A DNA stretch of 32,900 nucleotides from Xylographa opegraphella (lineage: Eukaryota), in assembly GCA_022813865.1 (NCBI GenBank), contig JALDZX010000049.1, positions 124,001-156,900 on the forward strand, written 5' to 3'. How positions within the stretch are numbered: position 1 is the stretch's first letter; every line of letters starts with the position of its first letter. The translations under genes were made by a program, and so were the position numbers. The notes under the pieces are model-generated. The model saw only the letters and a list, made by a program, of their open reading frames with translations. It was not told where the DNA came from and did no database searches. Positions 1 to 13,016 of this stretch are shown here, in pieces.

Positions 1-1776
1 CTGGCACCAGTGGCTTTCTTGCAGGTGCTGGAGGAACAGCGCTGATCACTACGGGTGCTGTATTATCGGGTGGTACTGTAGCTGTCAGGGCATCGAATCG
101 AAGGATGGGTGCGGTCAAGACTTTTGAGTATCGCCCGTTGCACAACAACAAAAGAGTGAATCTCATTGTCACCGTCTCTGGATGGATGAATGGCAAGGTA
201 GACGATGTGCGATTGCCGTTCAGTACAGTAGACCCCATCATGGGCGATATGTACTCGTTACTATGGGAGCCAGACATGCTACAGAGTATGGGGGATACGA
301 TCAGGATCCTGGCGACTGAGGTATACTCCATCCCCATTCATTGCGTCACACCAGGCTCATGTTGCTCCAGGCTCTTACCCAAGGCTTACAACAGGTTCTT
401 GCTAGCACGATACTGACAGCCTTGATGGCATCTTTGACACTGCCTATTGTCCTAACAAAGCTTTCTTACCTGATTGATAATCCTTGGGCTGTTTCTCTTG
501 ACCGAGCAGATGCCGCAGGCCTGATTCTAGCTGATTCGTTAGTTGACCGGAATCTGGGAGTTCGTCCAATCACGCTCGTGGGGTTTTCTATTGGATCTCG
601 AGTCATATTCTCGTGCTTGCGTGAGCTGGCAAACAAGGGTGCATATGGGCTGGTGCAGAATGTGTATCTTTTCGGATCACCCATAATAGCCAAGAAGGAG
701 GATTACATACGAGCAAGGACGGTTGTCTCAGGCAGGTTTGTCAATGGGTTTGCATCGAATGACTGGATTTTGGGTATTTTACTGTCTTATATGTAGATAC
801 TATTCGACATCAGCGCTGACATTTCTCAGGCTATTTATTTAGGGCCACAAGCGGTGGTATCTCTCGTATTGCTGGTCTTGCTTCAGTGGAAGGTATTCCA
901 GGTGTCGAGAACTTCAACCTCACAGAATTCGTCAATGGCCATATGGCCTACCGTGCTGCGATCCCTCGTCTGTTGCGCGAAGTAGGCTGGGAAGTCGAAA
1001 GTGACGAATTCACAGAAATCGAGGATCCAGATCCAGATAACCACGGCGCTCGCCAGCGTGAACTCATTAAAGAAATCGAAGGTGCCCGGAAAGAGGCCGA
1101 AGCTAAGCCAGAGAAACGTAGGTTTGGGATCTTCAAACGTGGAAAACTTGCCGAGAAGAAGATCTGGGAGACATACGATGAGAAATCGAAACAAGATTCC
1201 GGAGCATCTGATGATCATGATGAGAAACGGCGCGACAGCCGCGTCCTATTCGATATCGACGCCATCCGTGCGGAGCTCGAAAGTGAGCATATGGAAGTAC
1301 GGCAGCTGGAATCTACGTTACCACCTATGAGGCTGGATCTCAATGGCTCCAGAGCTGCAACGGACAAGATCCCTCAAGCCCCATTCAGTACATTACGCGC
1401 AACGAAAAGCTATGACGGGACGGCGCTATCGGCTCACCAGCCAGTGGACAACGAAACATCTGATCTCAGCCATGAGGATGGCGTGCCGCAACACACCTTC
1501 GTGAATACTCCCGACTCCCCCAATACTTCACTGCAACCCGATTCTCAAGTCACGATGTCTTTTGAACCACAATCACCCCTTCCCTCCGCCGTTCTCGCAT
1601 GGCAGAGCCAATCGTTGGCAAGCCCTGACCACCCGGTCACGCCGCAGAGGCCGGAGCTCAGATCATCAGCCACCATGCCAGCGACCAGTAATGGGGCGCA
1701 TCTCACACACAATGCGTGGGCGGATGAGGATGAGGAGTTTGGGCAAGAGAAGGAGATACATATGAGTTTTGAGTAG
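1..1776 (+). CDS. DUF726 / TMCO4 (yeast Mil1-like) membrane-associated alpha/beta-hydrolase-like protein, 5'-truncated by the window edge
   Basis: Exons <1-320, 371-773, 830-1776; introns 321-370 and 774-829 are GT-AG and splice in frame (…LATE|ALTQ…, …DWILG|YLFRAT…). Contains IDNPW, a G-x-S-x-G motif (VGFSIGSRV), NDWILGYLFR and VNGHMAY, which I recognise as typical of DUF726. Confidence 0.85.
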
Positions 1777-2282
1777 GCGAGAACAAGAGAAGGACGAGAC
1801 ATTCAATACAGGAGGTACGCTCCTCTGGTGGAATTCATGTGACCGAATTTAGCGGGGCGTTTTACATCTTTAGACCGGGTACGGTTGGCTTGTTGGAGCA
1901 TATTTGGGGGGGGATCATGGAGATGGCATGTGCGATGGCTTCCTTTTTGTAGAGGTGTCGATGAGGAATGGTGAAAGTCGTGAGGATGTTGGAGGATTAT
2001 GTATATATCGTAGTTGCGGCTTTGGAAGCGGATGAGAAATGCTTTGTCGATACTGATATGGTGTATATTATAATAGCTGTATGACAGCTGGGTAGTTTTA
2101 AATTAGCAATTGCTTTCTGCCCACTTGAATTTTCACAGCCGACGGTGGTGTATTGATATGAATTGTTCGGGTGTCCCCAGTACTCGATATGCCAAGCTCA
2201 TTGACGCATCAAAGTTACATTCGACACCAATAAAGATTTTGAACTTTACGAATCACACTGTTCATTCAGAGAGAAGTATAAG

Positions 2283-5200
2283 ATGTCTCGCGATGTCAGC
2301 CCGAAGAGGCGCAAACTTGATCCGGACCACTTCATCGTTCCCTCTAGACCATCAACAATACGCTACACCAAAGGCTCCCAAACGCCTCTTCGAAACTCTC
2401 CATATCAGAATGGCAGTAGCGCTCGCAGCAAGTTTGGGCATACCCCAGGAACCTCGACTCCTAAATCCTCTCGATACATGTCCACTCCTCATCAGTCCGA
2501 GTTCGATGGGCCGGAACTCATGGTCAATGAGGAGGACTCCAATGCCTTAGATCGAGACTGGTATGCAGGGGACGAGTTCGGACACACTTTCGGCGACGAA
2601 TCGCATAATCCTTTTGGTTCAGCAGACTCTTCATGGGCGGACCGGCAACGAGAGGTAGCGCTGGCGGAGAAGAAGAACGGGAAACGAGTGAGTGCCAGGA
2701 CCGTGCAGAAGCAGCGGGATGCGGACGCCTGGGAAACGAACCGTATGCTCACTTCTGGTGTTGCACAAAGACGAGACTACGATAATGATTTCGTGGATGA
2801 TGAGGAGGCCACCAGGGTCCATTTACTGGTTCATGATATCAAGCCGCCGTTTCTGGATGGAAGGAAGATTTTCACGAAGCAGCTTGATCCGGTCCCTGCG
2901 GTGCGGGATCCGCAGAGTGACATGGCGGTATTCAGTCGCAAGGGAAGTAGGGTTGTCAGGGAGAAACGGCAGCAGAAGGAGAGGCAGAAGCAGGCGCAAG
3001 AGGCTACTAATATGGCTGGAACAGCTTTGGGAAACCTTATGGGCGTCAAAGGCGATGAGGGAGATAGTGCTGCACCGGCACCCGGAGAGGAGGACTACAA
3101 GGGTGGTAGCGGATTTGCCAAACATCTGAAGCAGAATCAAGGCCAGAGCGACTTCAGCAAGAGCAAGACGCTGAAAGAGCAGCGGGAATATCTGCCAGCC
3201 TTTGCTGTGCGGGAAGAGTTACTGCGGGTGATACGAGACAATCAGGTGGTTATCGTTGTGGGTCAGACTGGGTCTGGGAAGACCACACAATTGACTCAGT
3301 TCCTGTACGAGGATGGATACGCAAGAGTTGGTTTGATTGGCTGTACGCAGCCCAGGCGAGTTGCCGCCATGAGCGTTGCAAAAAGAGTGAGCGAAGAGAT
3401 GGAGGTCAAACTCGGTGGCCTCGTCGGGTATGCCATACGCTTTGAGGACTGTACGAGCAGAGAGACTGCGATTAAGTACATGACTGATGGAGTCTTGTTG
3501 CGAGAGTCACTTGTCGAGCCCGATCTAGACAAATATTCCTGTATCATCATGGACGAGGCTCATGAACGGGCACTGAACACCGATGTACTGATGGGACTGA
3601 TCAAGAAGGTACTGGCTCGGCGGCGAGATTTAAAGTTGATTGTTACGTCGGCTACGATGAACGCGGAACGATTTGCACGATTCTATGGTGGAGCACCCGA
3701 GTTCTTCATTCCTGGTCGAACTTTTCCTGTCGACCAGCAATTCTCTCGTTCCCCGTGTGAAGATTATGTGGATAGTGCGGTCAAGCAAGTCTTGGCTATT
3801 CACGTGTCTCAACCTGCTGGCGATATCTTGGTGTTTATGACCGGTCAAGAAGATATCGAGATCACTTGTGAACTTGTGGCAGAAAGACTCAAGCTACTGA
3901 ATGAACCACCACCAATCAGTATCCTGCCGATTTACAGTCAGATGCCTGCCGATTTTCAGGCCAAGATTTTCGAAAAGGCAGCGCCTGGTGTTCGGAAGGT
4001 CATCGTGGCGACTAACATTGCAGAGACGAGTCTTACTGTGGACGGAATCATGTATGTGGTTGATTCTGGTTTCTCAAAGCTCAAAGTCTACAATCCAAGA
4101 ATGGGAATGGATACTTTACAGATCACTCCCATTTCCCAAGCAAACGCATCTCAACGTGCTGGTCGAGCTGGTCGAACAGGACCTGGGAAGGCTTTCCATC
4201 TCTACACTGAGCTTGCATTCAAGAACGAATTCTACATCCAGACTATACCCGAGATACAACGCACGAATCTGGCTAATACCGTGCTTCTTCTGAAGTCACT
4301 TGGGGTCAGGGATCTTCTTGATTTTGACTTCATGGACCCCCCACCACAGGATACGATCACGACTTCTCTTTTTGATTTATGGGCCCTAGGAGCTTTGGAT
4401 AATATCGGTGACCTGACACCAATGGGAAAGAAAATGACTGCGTTTCCCATGGACCCCTCACTTGCGAAACTTATCATCACTTCCGAGGATTATGGTTGTA
4501 GCGAGGAGATGCTCACTATTGTTTCCATGTTGTCTGTTCCCAGCGTCTTTTACCGGCCCAAAGAACGACAGGAAGAGTCGGACGCCGCTCGAGAGAAGTT
4601 TTTTGTCCCTGAATCCGACCATCTAACTCTGCTGCATGTCTATACTCAATGGAAGTCCAATGGTTACTCAGACGGCTGGTGCATCAAACATTTCCTTCAT
4701 CCCAAGGCTCTCCGCCGAGGAAAGGAGATTCGGGAACAACTCAGCGACATCATGAAGATGCAGAAGATGGTCATGTCAAGCTGTGGGACCGACTGGGATG
4801 TCATTCGAAAGTGCATTTGTTCAGGTTACTATCATCAAGCAGCAAAAGTGAAGGGCATTGGAGAGTATATTAATTTGAGAACGAGTGTCACCGTACAGCT
4901 CCATCCTACAAGTGCTTTGTATGGGCTCGGTTATCTTCCCGACTACGTTGTCTACCATGAGTTGATCCTCACGTCGAAAGAGTACATGTCGACTGTCACT
5001 TCTGTCGACCCTCATGTAAGTTCCACCATTATTGTTTTTTTTTTCAATTCACCGCACTGACATGTCCCTCTGTTTCAGTGGCTGGCCGAACTCGGCGGTG
5101 TCTTCTACTCCGTCAAGGAGAAGGGCTATTCGGCGCGTGAGAAGCGTGTGACGGAGCATGAATTCAATCGGAAAATGGAGATCGAGACTCAGATGGCGGA

Positions 5201-5354
5201 GGACAAGGAGAAGGAGGCGCGGAGGCTGGCCCTGTTGGCGGAAACCCCGAAGACGGCCGTGAGGAGGCCTACCACCGCGGCGATTAAGAGAGTCGCGACT
5301 CAAGGGGCGGTGAAGAGGCCGATGACGCCTCGGGTGGGTAGGATTGGGTTTTGA
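2283..5354 (+). CDS. PRP16: Pre-mRNA splicing DEAH-box RNA helicase Prp16 (DHX38)
   Basis: Exons 2283-5015 and 5079-5354 (intron 5016-5078, GTAAGT…CAG; joins VDPH|WLAELGG). Motifs [25 protein letters not shown] and QRAGRAGR. N-terminal [17 protein letters not shown] and PPFLDG segments are characteristic of Prp16. Confidence 0.95.
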
Positions 5355-5702
5355 TATGTGTGTGTGAGCAGTGGTAGATCTCCGATATATATGTAGAAAG
5401 CTGTTCCGAGGCTGCTGAAGTTGATGACAATTGGAATATTCTTGTATCAACTCTAGTGAGATTCATACACATGAAATTCGACTGGGACTGGGCAAGATTT
5501 GGCGAAAGGCAGAGTCACGTCCTCATTCGCCTAATCGGAGCTAGCGCCCACTTGCACTAAGATATCGCGAAAAGTCTCCGTTTTCCAATGTCAGTGGTGT
5601 ATCGGCCGAGGAAATTTTACTTACAGGCCTGGAAGCGTGGCTTAGGTTCACTTAATATATCTTTGAGATCTTTCAGATCTATGAGTATATCTCAGCTACC
5701 TC

Positions 5703-7775
5703 ATGGTTTCTGTCATGGCTCCCAACCCACGAACGGGTGAGCCTGTTCTCCCCCCACCCGCGAAACAGCCTGTGCGGCGCCCAACTCTGGTTCGCAAACG
5801 CGATGATACAGATTCCGGTACCGACAGAGCCCGCACCCCGTCAAGTCCCAGCAAGAGGCTGAAGGTCTCGTTCGACAATGACATTCAAGTCCAGGTGATG
5901 GACGATTGGGAAAAGGCACCGGCTATCGTGCGGGAAGAAGTTCGAAGAGCGTTGGAACGCCATGCTCGGGGTGATGATTCCGCTTATGATCGTATCAAGG
6001 AGATATACACCACGAAGCCCGCTGCGGAAGATGCTCCGAGTTCCACGACACTGAGGAATTACACTGCGGCTCTGGTGTCGAGTATCTCGGGGCTTGATCG
6101 ATCGTGCGCGGGCCTTGTCCATGCTGTGTTACAGAGTGTGTGGATAGTTCGGGACGAAGACTATGTTGCTCTTTTTTCAAGGCTACTGGGGAATCTTGTC
6201 TCGGCTCAGGGCGTGTATTTGGGGGATGTGCTTCGAATGTTGGTAGGACATCTCGCCGACGGTAAGCCTGCCTCCAAGATTAGTTGACGGCAAGGAACTC
6301 ACGCAACGTAAGCGTTGGGACGCGATGGCTTATCACCTGGGGAGTCTCCCGTACCTCGGTCACAAATCCAGAAGCGCGCGCATGCAGCCTTGCGATATCT
6401 CCTCCGCCTAATACCCTCTGCGAGTGGTGTCTTATCCTCAATCCTCACTAGTCTATTCCCGCACTCCTCGGCTTCGAAACGGGCACATGTCGATTATGTG
6501 CAGAACCTGCTGAAGGTGATTGAGTATGCTCCCGAGCTTCAAGCCGATGCCCTGTCGCTTATAACCGAGCGGCTCGTCAAGATTGATGTACAGGTGCAAG
6601 TGGACTTGGAAGATCTGGCAGACGACGTTGGTGATGGAGTTGTTCAGGATATTCCTAATCTCAAGTCCGGACTATCGCAAGACCTGGATGATGAAGATGA
6701 GAGCGAGGACGACACAGATTCCAGCGATGAAGAGATAGATCCGGATGCTCAGAGGGCCAAGGATATCACTACTAACGTGGAAAAGCTGGATTGCATCTTG
6801 GACATTCTTTTTACATACTACGAACCTCAATTCACTGGTATATCTGTACGAGCACGAGACATAGCACTGGACATACTCTTTTCGCAATTCACCACAATTA
6901 TACTCCCCACCTACCGCTCACGACATACGCAGTTCCTTCTCTTCCACTTTGCACAAACTTCCCCTGCTCTTGTCGATAACTTCGTGGGCGCCTGTGTACA
7001 TTATGCTTTCGATAAAGGTCGCCCTGCCATAATGCGCCAATCTGCTGCGGCTTATTTGGCAAGCTTCGTGGCACGAGGTATACATGTTCCATCCCAGATT
7101 GTACGAGACGTATTCGACTACCTTGGAGGGCAGCTTACCATATACCGAGCCGAGTACGAGTCGAGTTGCCGTGGTCCGGATCTTCGACGGTACTCGAACT
7201 ACTATTCCCTGCTACAGGCTCTACTGTACATTTTTTGCTTCCGCTGGCGAGACTTGGAAGCAGGGCCAGAGGAGCAAGCCGACGATGAAGATATTCCTCT
7301 AAGTGATAATCTCGAACACGTATGGATTCCTGGCATCAAAGAGACCTTGACGCAGAACATCTTCTCCAAGCTCAATCCTCTCAAGGTTTGCTCTCCCGCC
7401 ATCGTCAACGAGTTTGCCAAAATTGCAAACCATCTCGGCATCGTCTACGTCTTCCACCTCCTAGAGACCAATAAACGCCTCCGACTCTCACAGTTCAGCG
7501 GTCCTGCCAGTCAAGACTTGACTTTTGGCATTCCCGAGCGAGAGACGGCTCTGAGCGGGAGGAAAGACGAGAGGTACCAGCAGCTAGATGAGTACTTCCC
7601 CTTCGACCCGTATCATCTACCGAGGAGCAAGCGGTGGGTGGAAGGCGATTACAGAGAGTGGAAAGGCATCCCGGGCTTGCACGAGGATGGGGACGCAAGC
7701 GGGAGTGAGGATGAGGAGGACGAGGACAGTGATGCGGAAGAGGGGACGGCGACGGACGAGGAGAGTGTAGACTAA
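5703..7775 (+). CDS. RRN3: RNA polymerase I transcription initiation factor Rrn3 (TIF-IA)
   Basis: Exons 5703-6261 and 6313-7775; intron 6262-6312 (GTAAGC donor, AAG acceptor) joins the two ORFs in frame. Motifs RLVKIDVQ, ILPTYRSRHTQFLLF, RQSAAAYLASFVARG, QALLYIFCFRWRDL, LNPLKVC and YFPFDPY. Confidence 0.93.
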
Positions 7776-8330
7776 TCATGGTTGAGGGACTTGCATAGCG
7801 ACTTGGCTGGGAAAATCGGGGAAAAGCTAAGGGTAGGGGTCGGTTATTTTGGTCTGGTGGATTTAATATCGGGCATCGAAGATGAGTGAATATTGACCTG
7901 ACTGGTTCAAATACACTTTGTTCCTGTCATCGCTTGCTTTTGGTACGCGTAATATGCCATCCCTTCCGTTTTCAATCATAAACTGACTTCCCATTCCCCC
8001 CACTCACCGACCTCGATCTGTGCCCCAACACCCTCCACACTCTCCCAGCCATGCCCTTTGTTTTCCACGAACCAGACGTTTCCTACTCACATGGCAAGCT
8101 CACCCCCCTCCTTCCATCCACCGCATTTGCTTTTCCCCTTTTTTCACAGCTCATGCACCACCACGCAGCGAAGGAGCATTCCGTCTTCAGCGGGCCGACA
8201 GAAACCAGCGCCGGCTCCTGCTCACCGCGAACCACAGGATACACTGCCAACCCTTCAGCTCGTGCTCAAAACACCCAAACACGCGCCTTGGCTATATATA
8301 TACCTCCAACCTAATTCCAAACTCGCTCGG

Positions 8331-8624
8331 CTAAGCACAACCACCACCCCCCCCACCCTCACCCTCACCGCGCGGATCCTCCACCGTCGACGAATGCGTA
8401 TTATGATCCAGAAACACCAACGGCCCCCCCGGCCGGCGCACGGCTTCCCACCGGCTGGGCAGCGGCGCGCCCTCCACCGGCGCGGCCGCGAAGCCGTCCC
8501 CGTGCGGGCCCGGCTCACGCGGGTCGTAGTATGTGCGCAGGTGGAGAGTGGCGCTGACGAAGCAGGAGTGGCCCGCTTGGTCGGTGGTGCGGTGCCAATC
8601 GAGGGGGAGGGGGGAGGGGGGCAT
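8331..8624 (-). CDS. 97-aa protein made almost entirely of two divergent WW-like domains
   Basis: Two repeats fit the WW pattern LPxxW…G+xxFV…TxxDPR: LPLDWHRTTDQAGHSCFVSATLHLRTYYDPR and LPSRWEAVRRPGGPLVFLDHNTHSSTVEDPR. The ATG has an A-rich context, a TATA-like element lies about 120 nt upstream and a TA-rich tract lies downstream (8293-8302). Confidence 0.7.
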   Translation of the reverse strand: MPPSPLPLDWHRTTDQAGHSCFVSATLHLRTYYDPREPGPHGDGFAAAPVEGAPLPSRWEAVRRPGGPLVFLDHNTHSSTVEDPRGEGEGGGGGGCA

Positions 8625-8740
8625 TTTTTGTTGGGGGGTTTTGGGACTCTTGGGGGGCGGGGGGGAGGTGGTGGTGGGTTGATGGGTTTTGAGGGGGGAG
8701 GAGTTGGGTGGGAGGGAATGGGCCTGGGGAGTGAGGTCGA

Positions 8741-8748
8741 TATATATA
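8741..8748 (-). promoter_or_regulatory. Putative TATA element of the WW mini-protein gene; a (TA)9 tract also lies at 8805-8822
   Basis: Isolated TATATATA in a GC-rich region, about 120 nt upstream of the ATG at 8624. Confidence 0.35.
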
Positions 8749-9223
8749 GGGCGGGGTAGGTCGGTCGGTCATGTGGGTGTGGGTGTGGGTTGGGGTGTGG
8801 ATTCTATATATATATATATATATTTTGGTATATGGGGTAGTGTGGCTGGCCTGGTCACGAGGGCTGTTACAGTAGGAGCACACGTCGGTCATGCGTAGAC
8901 CATTTATCAATTTCTTGCTGTTGAACCGGACTGTGGCTATCTGGTACTGGTCCTGTAGAACGGAAAGGGAGAAGCCGGCGTAAAGTAAATTGTGGGGTTG
9001 AGGTCTACGTACTTTAGTAGTGATAGGGTCCGATTTGGATATTTCCGTTGTGCTTTTCTTTTCTTTGGACGGCGCGACTATTATTGTAAATTTGAGCTTA
9101 CTGTGTCGTATCAATCTCTCGAGGCCTACTGAGTAATACGGCGACCGCCGAAGGCGAATTGAATCATCGAAAATCAACCTCATAGGATAGCCTTCCCCAT
9201 TATCCCACCCTCCATCTGTCACT

Positions 9224-10398
9224 ATGCCTTCATCTGTAGCCTCTACGATGGTGCCCGAATCCCCCTTGGTCGAAGCCGCAGCCAATGAAGGAGACGAAGA
9301 AGAAGAAGACTACATGTCCATGGCGATCGCCGAGCCGTCGGCTCCGAAGCAGAAGGAAACATACACCCAGCGGCGGATTCGCAAAGCGCGCGAGGTCTGT
9401 GGCCCAAAGCTTGCTTTACTCTTTCCCAGTCCCCCCATCCGTTGCCTCCTTGCTACACCCCCCAAGGTCCAACGATGCTAACCCCTCCCTCTCCCCAGGC
9501 CGAACTCCGCAGCCGCCAACCCTCCAAAGCCGAGCTCGCCGCCCTCGCCTCCCAGAAGCGCACTGCCGCCCTCTCCACCTCGCTGCCGCAGACCTCCAAA
9601 GGCTTCCAGATGCTGTCGAAACTGGGCTACAAGGCCGGCGGCACGCTCGGCGCGCAGGGCAACCCCCACGCGCGCGTCGAACCCCTCGGCGTGGCCGTCA
9701 AGGAGGACCGGGGAGGCGTCGGGCTGGATACGGAGCGGAAGCGGAAGTTCCGCGAGGAGGCGGAGGGCGAGATGGAGAGGGAGCGGGCGGAGGAGGGGGG
9801 CTATCGGGAACGGGTGGCGAGGGAGAGGGAGGAGAGGAGGGCGGAGGGGCTGGTTAGGGGGGCGATGGGTGTTTTGGAGGGTTTCGAGGCCGAGGCTGGG
9901 GTTGAGGGTGGCGCCATAGCCGTAGAGGAGAATACGGGCGCGACGGAGGAGGAGGAGGAGGAGGAGGAGGAGGAGGAGGAGGAGGAGGAGGAGGAAGACT
10001 CTGCAGCGGAGAGCAGGTCCCCCGAGAAGGAGAAGAAGACACGGACACCGACGCGGCAGATCAACGTCCTCTGGCGGGGCCTCGTCCGGCAGCGCGAAGA
10101 GAAGGAACGCGAACGCCGCATGCGCTACGATCTGCTCCAGAGCTTGTCACGGAACGCCAACTACGAGGATGCGGAGGAGGACGCGCACGACCGGCACGCA
10201 CTCGGCACGGAGGAGGAGGACATCGACGAGGAAGACCCCGACTTGGAGGAGTTCAACGCGCTGCAGCCGGCGGAGAGGTTGAGGAGGCTGGTCGAGTATC
10301 TGAGGGAGAAGTACCAGTATTGCTTCTGGTGCAAATTCCGGTATCCCGACGATGCGATGGAGAGTTGTCCTGGGGTGGCGGAGGATGATCATGATTGA
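9224..10398 (+). CDS. G-patch domain protein, GPATCH11-like, with C-terminal DUF4187
   Basis: Exon 1 runs from 9224 (or 9248) to 9394, intron 9395-9498, exon 2 9499-10398. Contains N-terminal EEDYMS, G-patch KGFQMLSKLGYKAGGTLG…GVG and C-terminal YLREKYQYCFWC…CPG. Confidence 0.88.
9946..9993 (+). repeat. (GAG)16 coding microsatellite encoding a poly-Glu tract
   Basis: Perfect GAG run followed by GAA, giving 17 Glu in the GPATCH11-like protein. Confidence 0.95.
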
Positions 10399-10457
10399 TA
10401 ATTATGTACTTAGACAGCTTCAAGATCTGGACGGAGCTCGATCGCCAATATCATCCT

Positions 10458-12830
10458 TCATCCGACGTTCTGCACACCCGCTGTACCAGCAAAACTGCCC
10501 TTCTCCATCGCCGCCTCCATCATCCTGCCGCCGCTCACAATGCCAGTCGTACATATCAGCACTCTTCTACCATTTTCGCCCCTGCCAAGAAACCTCAATG
10601 CTGCAATTTCCGTTCGAGTGATACCCCCAAGAAACATAACGACGACCGTTTTCTTTCCGCCACTTCCCGCCAGCACAGCGCGCGCCTTCGTTGCCGCCTC
10701 TTCTCCTTTCTGGACTTTGTTGAATGTCTCGCCTTTTACGGCACGCAGGGCGTCTTCAAAGCCTTGCCACCCATGCGCGGCACTGCTGATGCCGTTCGCA
10801 GACTGAGCAGACGACGTTTTCGTCAGGGAGAGGAGGTAAGGCTTCTGTATGATGCACTGGACAAGACGGACAGAAAGAGGTGCATAGCCACTGTAGACGT
10901 AGGCGATGTCGTTTGGATCGGACTCGTTGACCTCGTCGACGATGAGGCGTAGCACTTTACGAAGATAAGTGTAATTGGTTTTCGAGCCTGGAGTACCTCC
11001 AGACGATGATGTGGGAAGCGACAGGACGTTGACAGAAGCACGTGTTTGCAGTAACTGCATTTTTTCAAGGGCATCCAGCGTGAGAAGATGTTGGTAGCCA
11101 TAAGCATTCAGTATGAGGGTCTTGAAATTTTCAAGGTCCTTGGGACGCAGACCACCAGAGACACAAGACTCAAGGCAGAGGAGACGCAGGACTGTGGGCA
11201 AGGGTACATCACGAGCTATTAGCTCTTCGATTGTGTCATGTTGCGAGGAAGGATCGGATCCAGCGGCCAGATTTTGCTGGACTTCGAGAATCCGCGTGAA
11301 GATATCGGACTGCGTACTCTTCATGATTTCTTCAGCGAGGCCGGTGTGTATCTTGAGACTTTGCTGCTCGGCTTGATATCCGGGCAACTTGTTGACGAAC
11401 TCCTTGAGCTCGGAGGTACTTTTTGCCCCATGCCGACTTTCATAATCACTTTCGAGGCGACGCGCAACTTTGTTCAGGAGACTTCCCACAATGGCGAAGT
11501 TAGCGTCGCGAAGCTGGTCATATAATTTGTCCGACGAGTCAAGTTGAATCTTCCGCTTCATTCCCTGCTGAATAGGTGTTGCCGGAGCCTTTCCTAGGCT
11601 TGTCTGCGAAGGATTTTGGCCTGGAGCCGGGCCGACAATCGATACGTCAACTTCTGCTTGATTATCCTTGATAGTGAACATCTCGTCTACCAATCCGTCA
11701 TACGTTAATTGAGTGAGAAGGACAGTGGCAAAATCGATTTCGCGGTCAATAATGATCAGGCTTTCTATTGTTGCGCTCGGCATCAATCCAAGGCGATTCG
11801 ACACAGAGGATTCTTCTGCGGTGACTTCAGATCGCATGCGTAGTAACAACTCCATCAAACGCTGAGCATTATCTCCCTTGCCAATGATCCGTGGAAACAG
11901 TCCATGTTTCTGCTGCAACAGCATCAGAGCACGAGCAGCTAGAAAGATAGAAGTCGGATCTTTACGCTAGAGCTGATTAGAACGTGATCTCGAGATTCGA
12001 TCGAGGAAGAGGTACGAGGTAGAGATCACCAAAGCTGTCTGTAAGTTCCAACGAGAGTACATCTTGTTCTAATGGAATGAAGTAAAGAGGAAATGCCTCC
12101 ACACTGACGTCGCCAAGCACACCGGCATCTTCCAATATCTTGTCGCATACAAGGGTTCGTCTGGGGACGACGAAGATGGAAAATTCATGCTCAATGCTAC
12201 TGCTCTGGCGGAGTTTTTTAATCTGTTCTGTAGGGAAATGTTAGCATGTAATGATGACGTTGAATCTACGGAAAACAAGAAGTACGCTATAGATCATGCT
12301 TTGATATGTTTCTTGGTTGATGTCGGGATCAAGACTGACTAAGTAGGTTGGGAAGCATCTACGTGGTCTACTTTATGATCCTCTGGAGAGAGTTCAATAG
12401 GGTGAGAAAGTTACGGCGGTAGAGATAGGCATTGATATAGCGGCAGCTTGTATGAAATTCATAACCCGTTATGGGGAAAAAAGAGCACGTACATACCGGC
12501 CACAGCAAACGGACGTAGTGCATCTTCTCCGCCAGTTAGGAAGATAACGTTTTTCTGAGATGCATCGACATTGGCGTTCTCTAGAAAGAACACCTTGTCC
12601 ACACCGTAGTCTTGAAGGGTAGAGAATCTGACAAAGATGCCTATCGGCCCCGCGAGGGCTCGCTCAATGACCAAGTTCTTTTTTCCGCGGACCTTTGCCG
12701 TTGTCAGTCTGTCAGACTAGAAGCATGTTTGGGTGTCTTAAGCCTTACATACGCCTTCTAGCAGATCCAGTAGATCTTTGCGTGCCTTCTCCTTGATCTG
12801 GTCCGTGTCAATACCCGGATGAGGCGCCAT
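10458..12830 (-). CDS. VPS33: Sec1/Munc18-family vacuolar sorting protein Vps33 (HOPS/CORVET)
   Basis: Exons 12830-12753, 12692-12497, 12227-12016, 11966-10458. Spliced protein reads MAPHPG…LLEG|VRGKKNLVIE…VA|EQIKKL…VPRRTL…DLYL|RKDPT…IIGKG…IIIDREIDF…LTYDGLVDE…YVYSGYAPLSVRL…FLGGITRTEIAALRF. Confidence 0.95.
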
Positions 12831-13016
12831 GTTGAATGTTAAGGTATATTGAATGGATGAACGTCAAGCGAGTTTCGAGATCGAGGACGCTAGGGTAGGA
12901 CTAAAGCCTAAGTCCGGGTAAGCTTCAGCCCCAAAGTGTACCATTTTTGGAGAGCTGTCGACGAAAGTGAGTCAAAAAGAGATACTGTGGATTACTGGTT
13001 GCACGTTCTGAGTTTT
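12831..13016. promoter_or_regulatory. Compact divergent (probably bidirectional) promoter between VPS33 and HTS1
   Basis: Only 186 bp separate the VPS33 ATG (12830, -) from the first HTS1 ATG (13017, +). Confidence 0.5.

Noticed and set aside
6262..6312. AAG 3' splice sites (RRN3 intron; also VPS33 intron 1)
   Set aside because: A less common but ordinary fungal acceptor.
8058..9285. Long ORFs 8058-8759 (+) and 8515-9285 (-)
   Set aside because: They are low-complexity translations of C/G-rich and TA tracts; the WW ORF and promoter sequence explain the region better.
12251..12338. C/D-box snoRNA (ATGATGA…CTGA) in VPS33 intron 2
   Set aside because: The boxes are antisense to the host transcript, and I recognised no rRNA-complementary guide.
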